A stretch of DNA of 64,000 nucleotides from Blastocatellia bacterium (GTDB lineage Bacteria > Acidobacteriota > Blastocatellia > UBA7656), in contig DATLWF010000196.1 of assembly GCA_035576605.1 (NCBI GenBank), forward strand, positions 9,430 through 73,429, given 5' to 3'. Positions 46,263 to 56,071 of this stretch are shown in pieces. The notes beneath the pieces were generated by a model. That model saw only the letters and a list, made by a program, of their open reading frames with translations. It made no database searches and was not told the origin of the DNA. Within the stretch, counting starts at the first letter, position 1. Each line of letters starts with the position of its first letter. A program made the position numbers and the translations under genes.

Positions 46263-47054
46263 TCAAAGTCCTCGAACGAATCCCAGGAAACTGCCGAAGC
46301 CCAGCAATGAGGTGACATTGGCAATCTTCTTCCGAGTGTTGCCGTGCACGATGATCGTGTCTCCGGCTTGAATCGCAAGGTTCTCTTCCGGTTCGCCCTT
46401 GCCCTCGAGGATCCGCTTGAGGTTGACCTTTCTTATTAGCGATCGCCCCCCGCCAATCTGGCGCAGCACAGTTACATCGGACTTACTGCCGGTATCGGAG
46501 ACCCCGCCCGACGCTGCTATTGCGTCCAGTACGGTCATCGGCCTGGCCATCACGATAACGCCGGGATGAGTGACATCGCCGAGCACGCCTATCTTGGCGC
46601 TATTGGCGGCAATGAGCGACAGGCTTACCTTCGGATCGATGACGTACTGGCTAAGTTCAATCGTCAGTCTTTCTGTCAGCTTGGGTACGGTCATACCCGC
46701 TACGTCGAGGTCGCCAAGCAGCGGGTGATATATTCGGCCTACCGGAGAAATCGTCACCAGCTCGATCGAATAATCCGGCTGCCCCTGAACCCGCAACGCC
46801 AGCTGATCCTCAGGACCGAGCTTGTAGTTGTTATAAAAATCGCGATAGATTGCAGCGAAATAGGCGTCGCCTGGATCGGAAGGCAACAGGGATCCGGTAT
46901 GCGACGCTGCCCCAAACTGTGAAGCCTTGATCGGTGAAGCTGTCTGAGATTGGCTCTGAGATTGGCCCGCTGTCAGCGAAGGGCTTGCCGCGAGCACACA
47001 TATGGCGACCATCGCGGAACTGATCGCGCGCACTATAAGAGAGTTGGTTCTCAT
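46263..47054 (-). CDS. Polysaccharide export protein, Wza/SLBB family (short PEP-CTERM-locus type)
   Basis: Signal peptide; YKLGPEDQLALRVQGQPDYS and GDTIIV motifs. RBS GGAGGAA upstream of ATG 47054. Confidence 0.7.
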   Translation of the reverse strand: MRTNSLIVRAISSAMVAICVLAASPSLTAGQSQSQSQTASPIKASQFGAASHTGSLLPSDPGDAYFAAIYRDFYNNYKLGPEDQLALRVQGQPDYSIELVTISPVGRIYHPLLGDLDVAGMTVPKLTERLTIELSQYVIDPKVSLSLIAANSAKIGVLGDVTHPGVIVMARPMTVLDAIAASGGVSDTGSKSDVTVLRQIGGGRSLIRKVNLKRILEGKGEPEENLAIQAGDTIIVHGNTRKKIANVTSLLGFGSFLGFVRGL

Positions 47055-47160
47055 GATTCCTCCGGTTCAAACGGTTCAGACTGAACGATGAAAACGATGC
47101 CGTCTATGCGTAACGGAACGATCGAGCTTTCGTCCTTCAGCCGTGATTCTTTCACCTGCG

Positions 47161-48543
47161 TTACCGTGCTCCTCTGCCGAAAAGAACTATCCGCACGGTC
47201 TCAAAAAGAGTAATCACGTCCAGCAGCAGCGACTGATTCTTGATGTAGTAGAGATCGTATTGGAGCTTCTGAATAGCGTCCTCGACCGATGCGCAATAGG
47301 GATAGCGAACCTGCGCCCAACCGGTAAGACCGGGTTTCACCAAATGCCGCTGCGAATAGTACGGGATCTCACGCTCGAGCCGGGAAACGAACTCAGGACG
47401 CTCGGGCCTGGGACCGACGAAGGTCATCTCGCCGCGAATGATGTTGATGAACTGTGGCAGTTCATCGATTCGCAGTTTACGAATGACGCGGCCTACCCGC
47501 GTGACGCGCGGGTCGTCCTCCTCAGCCCACACGGGACCTCCGGGCTCTGCATCGATACGCATGGAGCGAAACTTCATGATAGTGAAGGTTCGATTGCGCT
47601 GGCCGACGCGCGTCTGTCGATAGAGGATTGGCCCGCGCGAATCGAGCCTGATTGCGACGGCAGTGAACATCATTATGGGCAATGATAGAACAAGCCCTAC
47701 GACTGACAGCAAAACGTCCAGCAGTCTTCGAAGCTGGCGATAAAAGATCATTCTCCGCGAAGGCCCCGAGAAGATAAGCCAGCTGGGCCGTAGCGTTCCC
47801 GTGCTGACTTTTCCGGTTAGCCGTTCGTAAAACGAATCCGATTCTTCGATCGCCAGGCCATCACGCAGCTTCATCTCAATCAACGAACCGAGCGGCATGC
47901 GCCCGCGTCGCTCATTGATGGCGAGCACGATACGGTTGATGTGATAGCGATTCACTATTTGCTGAAGATCGTCGGTCAATCCGAGGACCCGTGGATTGAT
48001 CAAGCTCTGACCAACCAACTGCGGGTCATCGCCCACAAATCCGACTATCTTGTATCCCTGTTCGGGCCGATCAAGCGCTTCACGGGCCAGGTCGATGGCA
48101 TTCCTCTCGGTTCCCAGTATCAGCACTCGTTCGGCAAGTCTGGGATGGCCAAGCAGCCACATAACAAAAACTCGCCACAGAATCATCGTGCTCAGCATGA
48201 ACAGCAAGCTGATCAGGAACACGCCTCGCCCAAAGAGCATCTGCGGATACGTGTAGAAGATTACCGCCATGACAATCGAGGCGAGTCCGAGCGCCTGAAG
48301 CGTGCGTACGTAAAGGACGCCCGGTTTTCGTATCTCACTGAAATCGTAGAGATCCAACAGATAAAAGGAAGCTTGCGTAACGACGATCATCAGTAAGATC
48401 TTCAACAAGCCCCGCCCGGCGACCAGCACCTCTGGCGCTTCCGAACCGAAACGCACATAGACCGCCACGATGCCGCAACAGCACGTGAGTATGCTTTCAA
48501 GGATCAAAAGCGAAAGCGTGCGGGAATGATTCCTGGACAACAT
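47161..48543 (-). CDS. Polyprenyl-phosphate sugar phosphotransferase (bacterial sugar transferase, WbaP/EpsB-like initiating enzyme)
   Basis: KFRSMRIDAEPGGPVWAEEDDPRVTRVGRVIRKLRIDELPQFINIIRGEMTFVGPRPERPEF. N-terminal TM bundle. Confidence 0.85.
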   Translation of the reverse strand: MLSRNHSRTLSLLILESILTCCCGIVAVYVRFGSEAPEVLVAGRGLLKILLMIVVTQASFYLLDLYDFSEIRKPGVLYVRTLQALGLASIVMAVIFYTYPQMLFGRGVFLISLLFMLSTMILWRVFVMWLLGHPRLAERVLILGTERNAIDLAREALDRPEQGYKIVGFVGDDPQLVGQSLINPRVLGLTDDLQQIVNRYHINRIVLAINERRGRMPLGSLIEMKLRDGLAIEESDSFYERLTGKVSTGTLRPSWLIFSGPSRRMIFYRQLRRLLDVLLSVVGLVLSLPIMMFTAVAIRLDSRGPILYRQTRVGQRNRTFTIMKFRSMRIDAEPGGPVWAEEDDPRVTRVGRVIRKLRIDELPQFINIIRGEMTFVGPRPERPEFVSRLEREIPYYSQRHLVKPGLTGWAQVRYPYCASVEDAIQKLQYDLYYIKNQSLLLDVITLFETVRIVLFGRGAR

Positions 48544-48630
48544 CGTGCAACCTTTTCGCTGACGGCGTTTTCTATCGGTGAACTGATCAACACATTTGCC
48601 CTCGACTTGCGCGACCGTTGGAACGAAACC

Positions 48631-49497
48631 TTAAGCCGCTCGATTGAGCACTACTCCCAGGATTTTTTCCTGCGCCAGTGGCGCAACGGCCCTTCCTATT
48701 TGCCCTGAGGTAGTTTTGCCGGAGCGGATGACCAACAAAGTCGCGTCAGTGTGGCGAATCAGCAGGCTGGAATCGGCTACGGTCAGAAGCGGGGGAGAGT
48801 CGAACAATATGAAGTCATAGTTTGGTTCTAACAGCTCCAGCATCTCTCCAAAGGAGACTGACGATAATAGCTCTGCCGGGTTCTTAACCTGTTCGCGAGT
48901 AGGCAGCAGGTCAAACCCAAACGGCTGGATGCGAATGACCGCCGAGCCAGCGGGTAGCCCATTCTTGAGCGCATCGGCCAATCCGACGTCCGCGCTCAAT
49001 CCCAAAAATCGGAGAAGCGAGGGCCGGTGCAGATCCGTGTCGATCACAAGGATTCGACGTTGCGCGCGCGCAAGCGAGCACGCCAGGTTTAACGTGATCG
49101 AGGTACGACCTTCGCCGTGCTGCGCCGACGCCACCAACACGCGTTTGAGGGGTCTCTCCCCTGCCGTCGCAATCAGCGTGACTGCGAGCCGATTGTATTC
49201 CTCGCCTGCATCAGTGTGGAACGCGGTTAAGGGCGGCGCGATGAGCGCCGTATCGACCGTTACTTCTCGCGACGGTTTTGTGAGTGACTTGCGCTCAGCT
49301 TGCGCAGCGGCAATCTCACGATTGCGCTCCTCGATCTCGACTGCGTCGAGCGCGTTAAGCGAATAATCGATGAACTCATCTTTGTGTCCGTTGCCATTCG
49401 ACGCCGACGTTAGCGTATGTTCAACGGCAAAGGACGACCATCCTGCCGAGTGACCCTCTGCTTCTGCCTTCCTCAGAGCTTCGTATACTTTCCCCAT
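48631..49497 (-). CDS. BY-kinase-like ParA/MinD-fold ATPase with Lys-to-Arg Walker A and no C-terminal Tyr cluster
   Basis: ASAQHGEGRTSITLNLA (Arg codon CGT at 49105-49107 where GEGKS/T is expected). Walker A' ILVIDTDLHRP. Walker B FILFDSPP. C-terminus ...GVVLNRAA has no tyrosines. Confidence 0.7.
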   Translation of the reverse strand: MGKVYEALRKAEAEGHSAGWSSFAVEHTLTSASNGNGHKDEFIDYSLNALDAVEIEERNREIAAAQAERKSLTKPSREVTVDTALIAPPLTAFHTDAGEEYNRLAVTLIATAGERPLKRVLVASAQHGEGRTSITLNLACSLARAQRRILVIDTDLHRPSLLRFLGLSADVGLADALKNGLPAGSAVIRIQPFGFDLLPTREQVKNPAELLSSVSFGEMLELLEPNYDFILFDSPPLLTVADSSLLIRHTDATLLVIRSGKTTSGQIGRAVAPLAQEKILGVVLNRAA

Positions 49498-49558
49498 ATG
49501 TTCCTCTATCTTTTTCGTCAGTACATCGCTTTTAGAGACTCAATCCGCATGAAACTCC

Positions 49559-51133
49559 TCAGCGCAACAACGCGGCAATATGCGCAAAAAGGTTCAGGCT
49601 GGTCATTAGAAAGATCGCAACAGACGCCAGCACCGCGATAAGCAATGCCCCGAGGGCGCGACCAAGCAGTAGCCGACGTGATCGGCCTTCGGCCGGATTG
49701 GCGGTCTCGGGAATCAAAGCGATTACAGGCACGCCGAGGTAATACTCGACGTCACGATCGTCGGTGACGGCGTATAGCTTTGGTATCTCCAGCGCGAACG
49801 CCACAAGCAACGCCACCCCAAGAGCCAGGGCCAGACTGAACATTCTGTACTTGAATCGGTTCGGTCCGACTGGCATTCGAGGTTGCGCGGGCATATCTAC
49901 GAGCTGAAATACACCGGGGTCGAGACCTGCCGTGGCCATCTGTGCCCTTCCCAACTGGTCCTGCTTTGTCAACAGCGCATCGTAGCGCTTGCGCAGACTT
50001 TCGTAGTCTGTCTGCATTTCACCGTCGGCTTCGCCGCCCGTGTTGGCGGCTACAGTCGGAATGAATGCGGAGATCGCCTTCTCGCCTGTCGAGTTTGGGG
50101 CGCCTTGTTTCTTACGGTCGAGTTCACGCTGAGTGATGGACAGCTCAGTCTGCATTCGAGCCAGTTCTCGCTGCATCGAGCGGAGTTCACGGCCTTCGGC
50201 TGAATTCAAGGACGCTGAATCCTGATTGCCGCCGCCGGCGTTGAGTTGGGCGATCTGATGATTGATCTCGCCGAGTTGATTGCGCGCTTGAATGACCTTT
50301 GGATTCTTGTCGGTGTACTGGACGCCGTAGTCTTTAAGCTGCGCCTCGAGTTCAGCTTTTCGGACGAGCAGCACGCCATAGGAGCTACTGGCCTTTGCGT
50401 CACTCGGAGCCAGTTTGGCGATTTTCTGCTGCTCCTCGATCTGTCGCTTCTGCTCGCCAATTTGCTGCTCGAGGGCGAACTGTTTATCGGTGAGCGTCTC
50501 GATCGAAGACGCCGACGCAATCCGCTGCGCGCGTTCGGCGCCCATAGCGCCCGCAGCGCGTCCAGCCGCTTTCTGTCGCGCCGCCGTGGCAGCACGAAGC
50601 TTACCCATCTCGCGCAACCGGTTCTCGACATCGCCTATTTGCGACGCTAGATTACTTAAGTCCTCAGCGGTCTGTTTCTCCACAGCCTCATTCATTTTGC
50701 CGAACACAGAAACCAGGTCCGTGGCCACGTCTTTTGCTAATGCGGGATCGGTGTGGCGGTAAGCGATCGTAAGTCGTTCCGGAAAGTCGGAGCGATAGGT
50801 GGTCTCGACTTTCAAGTCCTGGCGCATTTCAGCTACGGCGGCGTCAATGTTCCCGCCACTGTCATAGGGATCGTATCGGTTGATAATCGGCTCCAGGAAA
50901 GCTCGGCTTGTGAGTCGTTCCGTAGCAGCGGCGACGCGGGCATTAACTGCCTGCCTATCACTTGACGCCCCGGAAGTGACGACGGTCGCGCGTGACTCGT
51001 AGATGTTCGGCAGCCGATCAATTACAAGAAATGTTGAGATCAACATTCCCGTCGCTAATAAAAAAATGAGCAGTTTCCTGCGCCAAATGATTTGAAAGTA
51101 TTCTGTAAGGGTTCGCGATCTGAAGCTTGTCAT
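49559..51133 (-). CDS. Polysaccharide chain-length determinant (Wzz/GumC/ExoP N-terminal-type) protein
   Basis: YFQIIWRRK N-terminal motif. Two TM segments flank a long coiled-coil periplasmic region. RBS GAGGAGGTGA. Confidence 0.75.
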   Translation of the reverse strand: MTSFRSRTLTEYFQIIWRRKLLIFLLATGMLISTFLVIDRLPNIYESRATVVTSGASSDRQAVNARVAAATERLTSRAFLEPIINRYDPYDSGGNIDAAVAEMRQDLKVETTYRSDFPERLTIAYRHTDPALAKDVATDLVSVFGKMNEAVEKQTAEDLSNLASQIGDVENRLREMGKLRAATAARQKAAGRAAGAMGAERAQRIASASSIETLTDKQFALEQQIGEQKRQIEEQQKIAKLAPSDAKASSSYGVLLVRKAELEAQLKDYGVQYTDKNPKVIQARNQLGEINHQIAQLNAGGGNQDSASLNSAEGRELRSMQRELARMQTELSITQRELDRKKQGAPNSTGEKAISAFIPTVAANTGGEADGEMQTDYESLRKRYDALLTKQDQLGRAQMATAGLDPGVFQLVDMPAQPRMPVGPNRFKYRMFSLALALGVALLVAFALEIPKLYAVTDDRDVEYYLGVPVIALIPETANPAEGRSRRLLLGRALGALLIAVLASVAIFLMTSLNLFAHIAALLR

Positions 51134-51159
51134 CGATCACCTCCTCGAACGACCCAGTC

Positions 51160-51498
51160 TTAGTATTTGCTGGTATTGTGGGCCTGGCGGTTTCCGTGTC
51201 GCATCCCTAAGGACTTCGGGTTGAGTTTTCGCGAGAGTACCAGTTTCATTGCAGTACCTATGGAAATTAGCGTTGATCCCAGCAGCAATAACAACAGCGG
51301 CTCAAAACGCAGCGAGGTGTTAGAATGGTTTTCTTGCGACGGCGTAAGACTGGTTGGACTTTGCGTATTTGCCGCGCTTGCCCGCTCGACGACCCCCTCA
51401 GATTTGTCGCTTGCATGTATTCTCGCTTTTCGCACTTCATTGAACGAAGTACAGACGGACACAAACGCGATCAGAATTATGGCAGCTCTGATTTTCAT
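51160..51498 (-). CDS. Small secreted/bitopic protein with PEP-CTERM-like C-terminal architecture
   Basis: Signal peptide MKIRAAIILIAFVSVCTSF. Ser/Thr-rich middle. ...RFEPLLLLLLGSTLISIGTAMKLVLSRK then a 20-aa basic tail. Strong RBS AGAGGAGA 9 nt upstream of ATG 51498. Confidence 0.4.
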   Translation of the reverse strand: MKIRAAIILIAFVSVCTSFNEVRKARIHASDKSEGVVERASAANTQSPTSLTPSQENHSNTSLRFEPLLLLLLGSTLISIGTAMKLVLSRKLNPKSLGMRHGNRQAHNTSKY

Positions 51499-51830
51499 TA
51501 GGGCGCGTCTCCTCTTTCCTGCTAAAAGTACAGCGCCAGCTTAGCTCTCTCATTTTTATTACAATCGGAACCGAGTATCGCTTGCAAAAAGAAGCGATGA
51601 TGCTTAGCCGCAAAACACTTCCGGAACGTCATAGCGTTATCGCTATCAATTGAAAATGGGCGAAAATGGCCAGGAAAAATGGCCATCCGGCGCGGGTTCG
51701 AGCAGTTATTCCTTAAGTCAGCTGAAGATGGTTGGATTCGAACAGACAGTTGCCGATCCCAGAAACAACTATTCTGGAATCGGCGCAACGGTTCGGCCGC
51801 CAGGAATCATTCGCCTGGAGAGAACTGTCG

Positions 51831-54800
51831 CTATCTCAGTTTCTTTTGAATCGCAAAGTCATGGTCGCTTATGTCGTCAACAAACGCTCCGCTGACGTTC
51901 CAAACCCGAACTCGAATTCGCGCCGAGGCGGTTGCAGACCTTGGCACGCGCCAGCTAAAGCTGTTGGCCGCAGGAGGTAACCCCGACACCAGGACTGTCC
52001 AGGTCGAGCCGCCATTGAGCGACAAAAAAATGTCCTGCCGCGTGGGAATGCCGCCAGTCACAGACCATCTGACATTGCACGTCGAGTCAAATAGAAGTGT
52101 TTCGCCACCGTTTGGGGAGAGCACTCTCACCACCAGCGGCGGAGCGGAAATCGTGATTGTGACTGAGGCGTTAGCAGTAGCTCCCAGGTTATCCGTCACC
52201 GTCACCTGAGCCGTGAACGCACCCGGCGTCTGGTAGATATGAGACGTAACGGCTAGCGTCGATGTCTGTCCGTCACCAAAGTCCCACTGGTATGCGACGA
52301 TCGACCCGTCGGGATCCGACGCATTTGCGGTTAGTCCAACGGTCACCGGAGCGATACCTGATGTTGTAGATGCGGTGATGTTCACCTGCGGCGGCTGGTT
52401 ACGCGCAACATAGGTATAGCCATTCAAGAGGCTGCCGCTTCCGCCGTCGGCGTTGGTGACTACGACGTCGAATGTTCCCGCCGCGTGAGATGGGGTTACT
52501 GCGGTAATCGAAGTAGCGCTCTGGACCTGGACTGACGTTGGCGCGACGCCGCCTATGGTCACCGTTGCTCCTGACGCGAATCCACCACCACTAATTACAA
52601 TGCTGCTTCCCCCAACCGTCGGTCCAGGGCTCGGCGCAACCGCCGAGACGGTGATCGCCGGTAAGCCACTCGACTCAGGAAGAATCGTGACGTCGTTCTT
52701 CAACGCCCCTGGTGAGGCGTTCAGGTAGGCCTGCGGAGATAGCGATATCTGATCAATCTGGAGTCCATCTTCACGCACTTGAACTCGAAGAGTCTGCGTT
52801 CCGGTGCTTGAGAAATACACCAGCGGACCCATCACTCCAACTCCCCAGCCGTTATCCTGCCATCCCCATCCTTGCAGTCCACATCCAGCGCAATCCTCCA
52901 GATTAAAGGTGGTTGCATCGGTAGTGCCGATTCGAAAAACCGGCGCTCCGGCGCCGTCAACGCTCCCTGAGAATTGGACGAAAACGGAGTCATTGTATGG
53001 AGAGTCGTTCTGAGCTTTCCCGCGCATCCATAATCGATAGGCGCGGCCCGCGACCGCATAAAAGGTCATCTCGAAGTAATCCGAAGGGTTGGCAAGCGGC
53101 AGCGTAAGCTTCGGGGCGCCGGCATCGGGATTCCACAAGCAGGCGCCTCCAGCTGCCGTAAGATCGGACAACAGACTCCAGCGTCCCACTCGCAACGGCG
53201 CTCCTGAAGGGTACAACACTATTTCACTTCCCGGCGGTAACGGCGGATTGGTAGCCGAGATCACGACCGAGGCCGTCGCGCTGGCGCCCAGGTTATCAGT
53301 GACAGTGACGCGAGCAGTGAAAGTTCCAACAGTCTGATAGGAATGCGACACCGAAGGCAGATTAGATCCCTGCCCGTCTCCGAAGTCCCAGCTGTAAGAG
53401 GCGATTGTGCCGTCGGGATCAGACGCGTTCGCAGTGAAGAAGACGCTAAGCGGCGCGGCTCCAGCTGTAGCGGACGCCGTGATGTTGACCTGGGGGGGTT
53501 GATTAGCCGGCGGCGGTGATTGTCCGTCTCCAATTGCAGCGAGAATGGCGTCCTGGTCGGCGCCGATATCCCGACCATCTGTCCCGGCGTTCTTGTACGG
53601 GCTAGCGACTGCGAGACGATAGTTGTCATTTAGAAGATCTACAAAACCCACATCATTGATGAAAGCAGGAAAAAAGTTGCCGGAAGGGTACACACTGCCT
53701 GGGCCCGAAATGATGACGTTTTTGCTGAAGTAGCATCCTGGAAAGTAATAATTGAGCGAATCGTTTCCGATGCTGTGTCCTGAACCCATAACGCCATAGT
53801 CGTTGTGTGGCGTGATGTTGTTGGTATAAACGAACCCCGTGTGCGCGGTTCCATCTGCGGTCACTATGTTCGACGTTTGTATTCCGGTGTTGTGGTCGAT
53901 GTGAACGTCTGCGGTCCCGTCTACCAGTTGAAATAGTCTCCCATTACCACCCCAAACCGTTCCGCCTATATCGTGGAAGAGATTATTCCTTACCTTGATG
54001 CGTTGTTCTTGCTGGCTCGGAAAGTTGTTGTCGTGCCCAAGAAACTGTATGCCCGCGGCCGCGTGTCTGCAGATATTGTTTGTAAACGTCACGTCCTGGA
54101 CCACCGACCATGGAGCAGTCCCGTCCTGATTGCGCGGCGTGAAGACGATGATGAACCCCGTTTGCCCATCCACCCAACAGTGCTCGAACACATTGCCATC
54201 AATGAGCACGCGTTGAGCGTTCTTTAACTCGAAGAGGTTCTTAACCGACCAATGAACACCAGCATAGCCTGGGTCTGCTGGATTCCATGAAATAGGCTTG
54301 AAGCAATTGTTGCGGCGAAACTCAATGTCCGATGGTACGAGATTAGGGACGTGAGGGTCGGCCCCACCGAACATTACGTTTTCGCCTGCCGCCTCCAGAT
54401 AGTTATTGACGATCTTGAAAGGGCCAGGGCCGTTCCACCCGGCTATGGCCTGCGTATCGAAGCCGAGGCCGTGACAGCCGGATATGTTGGAGTCGATTAC
54501 CGCCGAATAAGCGCTGTTAAGCGCGACGCCGCGCGATACGTCTCCTGTCGAATTGCCATGAATATAACATCGGTCGATAACGAGATCGTGCGGGGTCAGA
54601 GACAGGCTGGTCTGACTGCCATCACCGAAAGCTACAATGCCGTAGTTGGTTCCGACCGTTGCGGCGATTCCAATTTCAAGCCCGACGAGCCGGTAATTGT
54701 GGGCGCCGGGTGCAGTGGCAAGCGCCGGCGCTGCGTTCGCCGTAACGATCCTGGGCATCGCACCCGCCTGGCCCGGAGCCACCCGTGTGCCTTCGATCGG

Positions 54801-55115
54801 AACGCCCGCCAGGTTTGAAGTGCGGATAATTATCCACTCGCTTCCGGTCTTACCTGGGAGGACAAAGTTGCCTGTAAAGACAGCTCCGGCTTGAAGGACT
54901 ATTGTGTCGCCCGGCTGTGCAGTGTCAAGTGCGGCTTGAAAGTTTCCGCCCGCGGGAACATTGATTACCGCTCCGGCGGTTGCCGGGTATGAAGTCGATA
55001 GGAGGATTCTTGGCAACTCGGGCTCGCCGGAGATCTGAGCTCGGGCGATGTAAGGATTAGGTCCACCAACAAATAGAAGGATAATCGTTGCATAGAATAT
55101 AAGGAATCTATTCAC
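51831..55115 (-). CDS. Large secreted multidomain protein: beta-helix (paralog 3), PKD domains, the conserved shared domain, IPT/TIG domain, further PKD and a C-terminal Ig-like domain
   Basis: Signal peptide MNRFLIFYATIILLFVGG. IDRCYIHGNSTGDVSRGVALNS. PKD signatures WDFGDGQ x2. Shared domain ...CAGCGLQGWGWQDNGWGVGVMGPLVYFS.... GTG start 55115 with RBS AAAGAGAGG; an in-frame TAA lies 12 codons upstream. Confidence 0.8.
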   Translation of the reverse strand: MNRFLIFYATIILLFVGGPNPYIARAQISGEPELPRILLSTSYPATAGAVINVPAGGNFQAALDTAQPGDTIVLQAGAVFTGNFVLPGKTGSEWIIIRTSNLAGVPIEGTRVAPGQAGAMPRIVTANAAPALATAPGAHNYRLVGLEIGIAATVGTNYGIVAFGDGSQTSLSLTPHDLVIDRCYIHGNSTGDVSRGVALNSAYSAVIDSNISGCHGLGFDTQAIAGWNGPGPFKIVNNYLEAAGENVMFGGADPHVPNLVPSDIEFRRNNCFKPISWNPADPGYAGVHWSVKNLFELKNAQRVLIDGNVFEHCWVDGQTGFIIVFTPRNQDGTAPWSVVQDVTFTNNICRHAAAGIQFLGHDNNFPSQQEQRIKVRNNLFHDIGGTVWGGNGRLFQLVDGTADVHIDHNTGIQTSNIVTADGTAHTGFVYTNNITPHNDYGVMGSGHSIGNDSLNYYFPGCYFSKNVIISGPGSVYPSGNFFPAFINDVGFVDLLNDNYRLAVASPYKNAGTDGRDIGADQDAILAAIGDGQSPPPANQPPQVNITASATAGAAPLSVFFTANASDPDGTIASYSWDFGDGQGSNLPSVSHSYQTVGTFTARVTVTDNLGASATASVVISATNPPLPPGSEIVLYPSGAPLRVGRWSLLSDLTAAGGACLWNPDAGAPKLTLPLANPSDYFEMTFYAVAGRAYRLWMRGKAQNDSPYNDSVFVQFSGSVDGAGAPVFRIGTTDATTFNLEDCAGCGLQGWGWQDNGWGVGVMGPLVYFSSTGTQTLRVQVREDGLQIDQISLSPQAYLNASPGALKNDVTILPESSGLPAITVSAVAPSPGPTVGGSSIVISGGGFASGATVTIGGVAPTSVQVQSATSITAVTPSHAAGTFDVVVTNADGGSGSLLNGYTYVARNQPPQVNITASTTSGIAPVTVGLTANASDPDGSIVAYQWDFGDGQTSTLAVTSHIYQTPGAFTAQVTVTDNLGATANASVTITISAPPLVVRVLSPNGGETLLFDSTCNVRWSVTGGIPTRQDIFLSLNGGSTWTVLVSGLPPAANSFSWRVPRSATASARIRVRVWNVSGAFVDDISDHDFAIQKKLR
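52660..53240. repeat. Protein-coding direct repeat, copy B (same orientation as copy A, about 52 kb away)
   Basis: As for copy A. Lies inside CDS 51831..55115 between the PKD and IPT/TIG domains. Confidence 0.6.
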
Positions 55116-56071
55116 AGCCGCCTCTCTTTCAGAGCCGTCTTGACTGGGCGTTTAGGACGCACCGGTTACGTCAAATGGGCGGAGGCATACCTGATCGGTG
55201 AACCAAGGGCAGTTAGATTTCGGAACGACGCCGCGAGGGAGATTCCGTGCGGTCTCGGTCTTGGTAGGGCTGGAGCGCTAGGGGCCTAGAGCGAAGCCCA
55301 CAAAGAATTGATAGTAAACACAGCAAAACTACAGCGATTTCCAGCTATAAGGGGCCAGGAGGTGATTAGATTTCGTCGATTGCCAGGGGGCCACCTAACA
55401 ACCGCCAAGGTATCACGGGCCGATATCAGTGTCAATAATCTTTTCCGTGCATAATCTCTTCCGTGCAAGATTTTGTCCCCGCTCTTCTTGCCTGATCTTT
55501 CCTTCAAGCGCGGTTCTAACACGAGAGCAAAGCTGTTTAGTCGGCACCACCTGTCCAACTGAGTGCTTGTCAGTCAGCAACGGACGAATCTCAAGTTCCG
55601 GCCGACACACTATCGGCCGAGATTGACGGCGACATTGATGTTAATTACACTCGACGATCATCAACTTCCCGGAGATGGCTTGATGTATCTGGGAGAGGTT
55701 GATGCGCTTGCCGCTTCATATGAAAAGCGCGGACGAAAAGCTTAAGAAGATAGCTAGATTGGTCGAATCGCTGGACGATGAATTGAATATCCTGGAGTCT
55801 GCACACCACGTGCAGTTTGAGACGAAGGCTAGCCTGCAAGACAAGCTTTCCGCAGCAACCCGGACAAGATCCGCATTAACTAGAGCACGCCGTCTCAGAG
55901 ACCTTATAGCGCAAACTCTGATCGAGCCCAAGGAGTAAAGCTTACGGTTAGCATCGAGAGTCCATTTTCGGCGCCGCTGGCGAAAATTGGACAAAACTTG
56001 CAAAGCGAGGCTGATTCGGACTTTCTGAAGTCAAGAAAGTTTCTAGCATTATGCTTGAAGGCGGTACCGCG

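Noticed and set aside
51729-51760. TGGTTGGATTCGAACAGAC, resembling the reverse complement of a tRNA T-arm/3' end (possible tRNA gene or att remnant).
   Set aside because: No complementary T-stem or acceptor stem can be formed. A 9-10 nt match is expected by chance in 128 kb of two-strand search space.
55699-55938. 79-aa plus-strand ORF in the long leader upstream of the locus.
   Set aside because: TTG/ATG starts with poor SD spacing and no motifs. It may be real but is unsupported; it was left out of the feature list.
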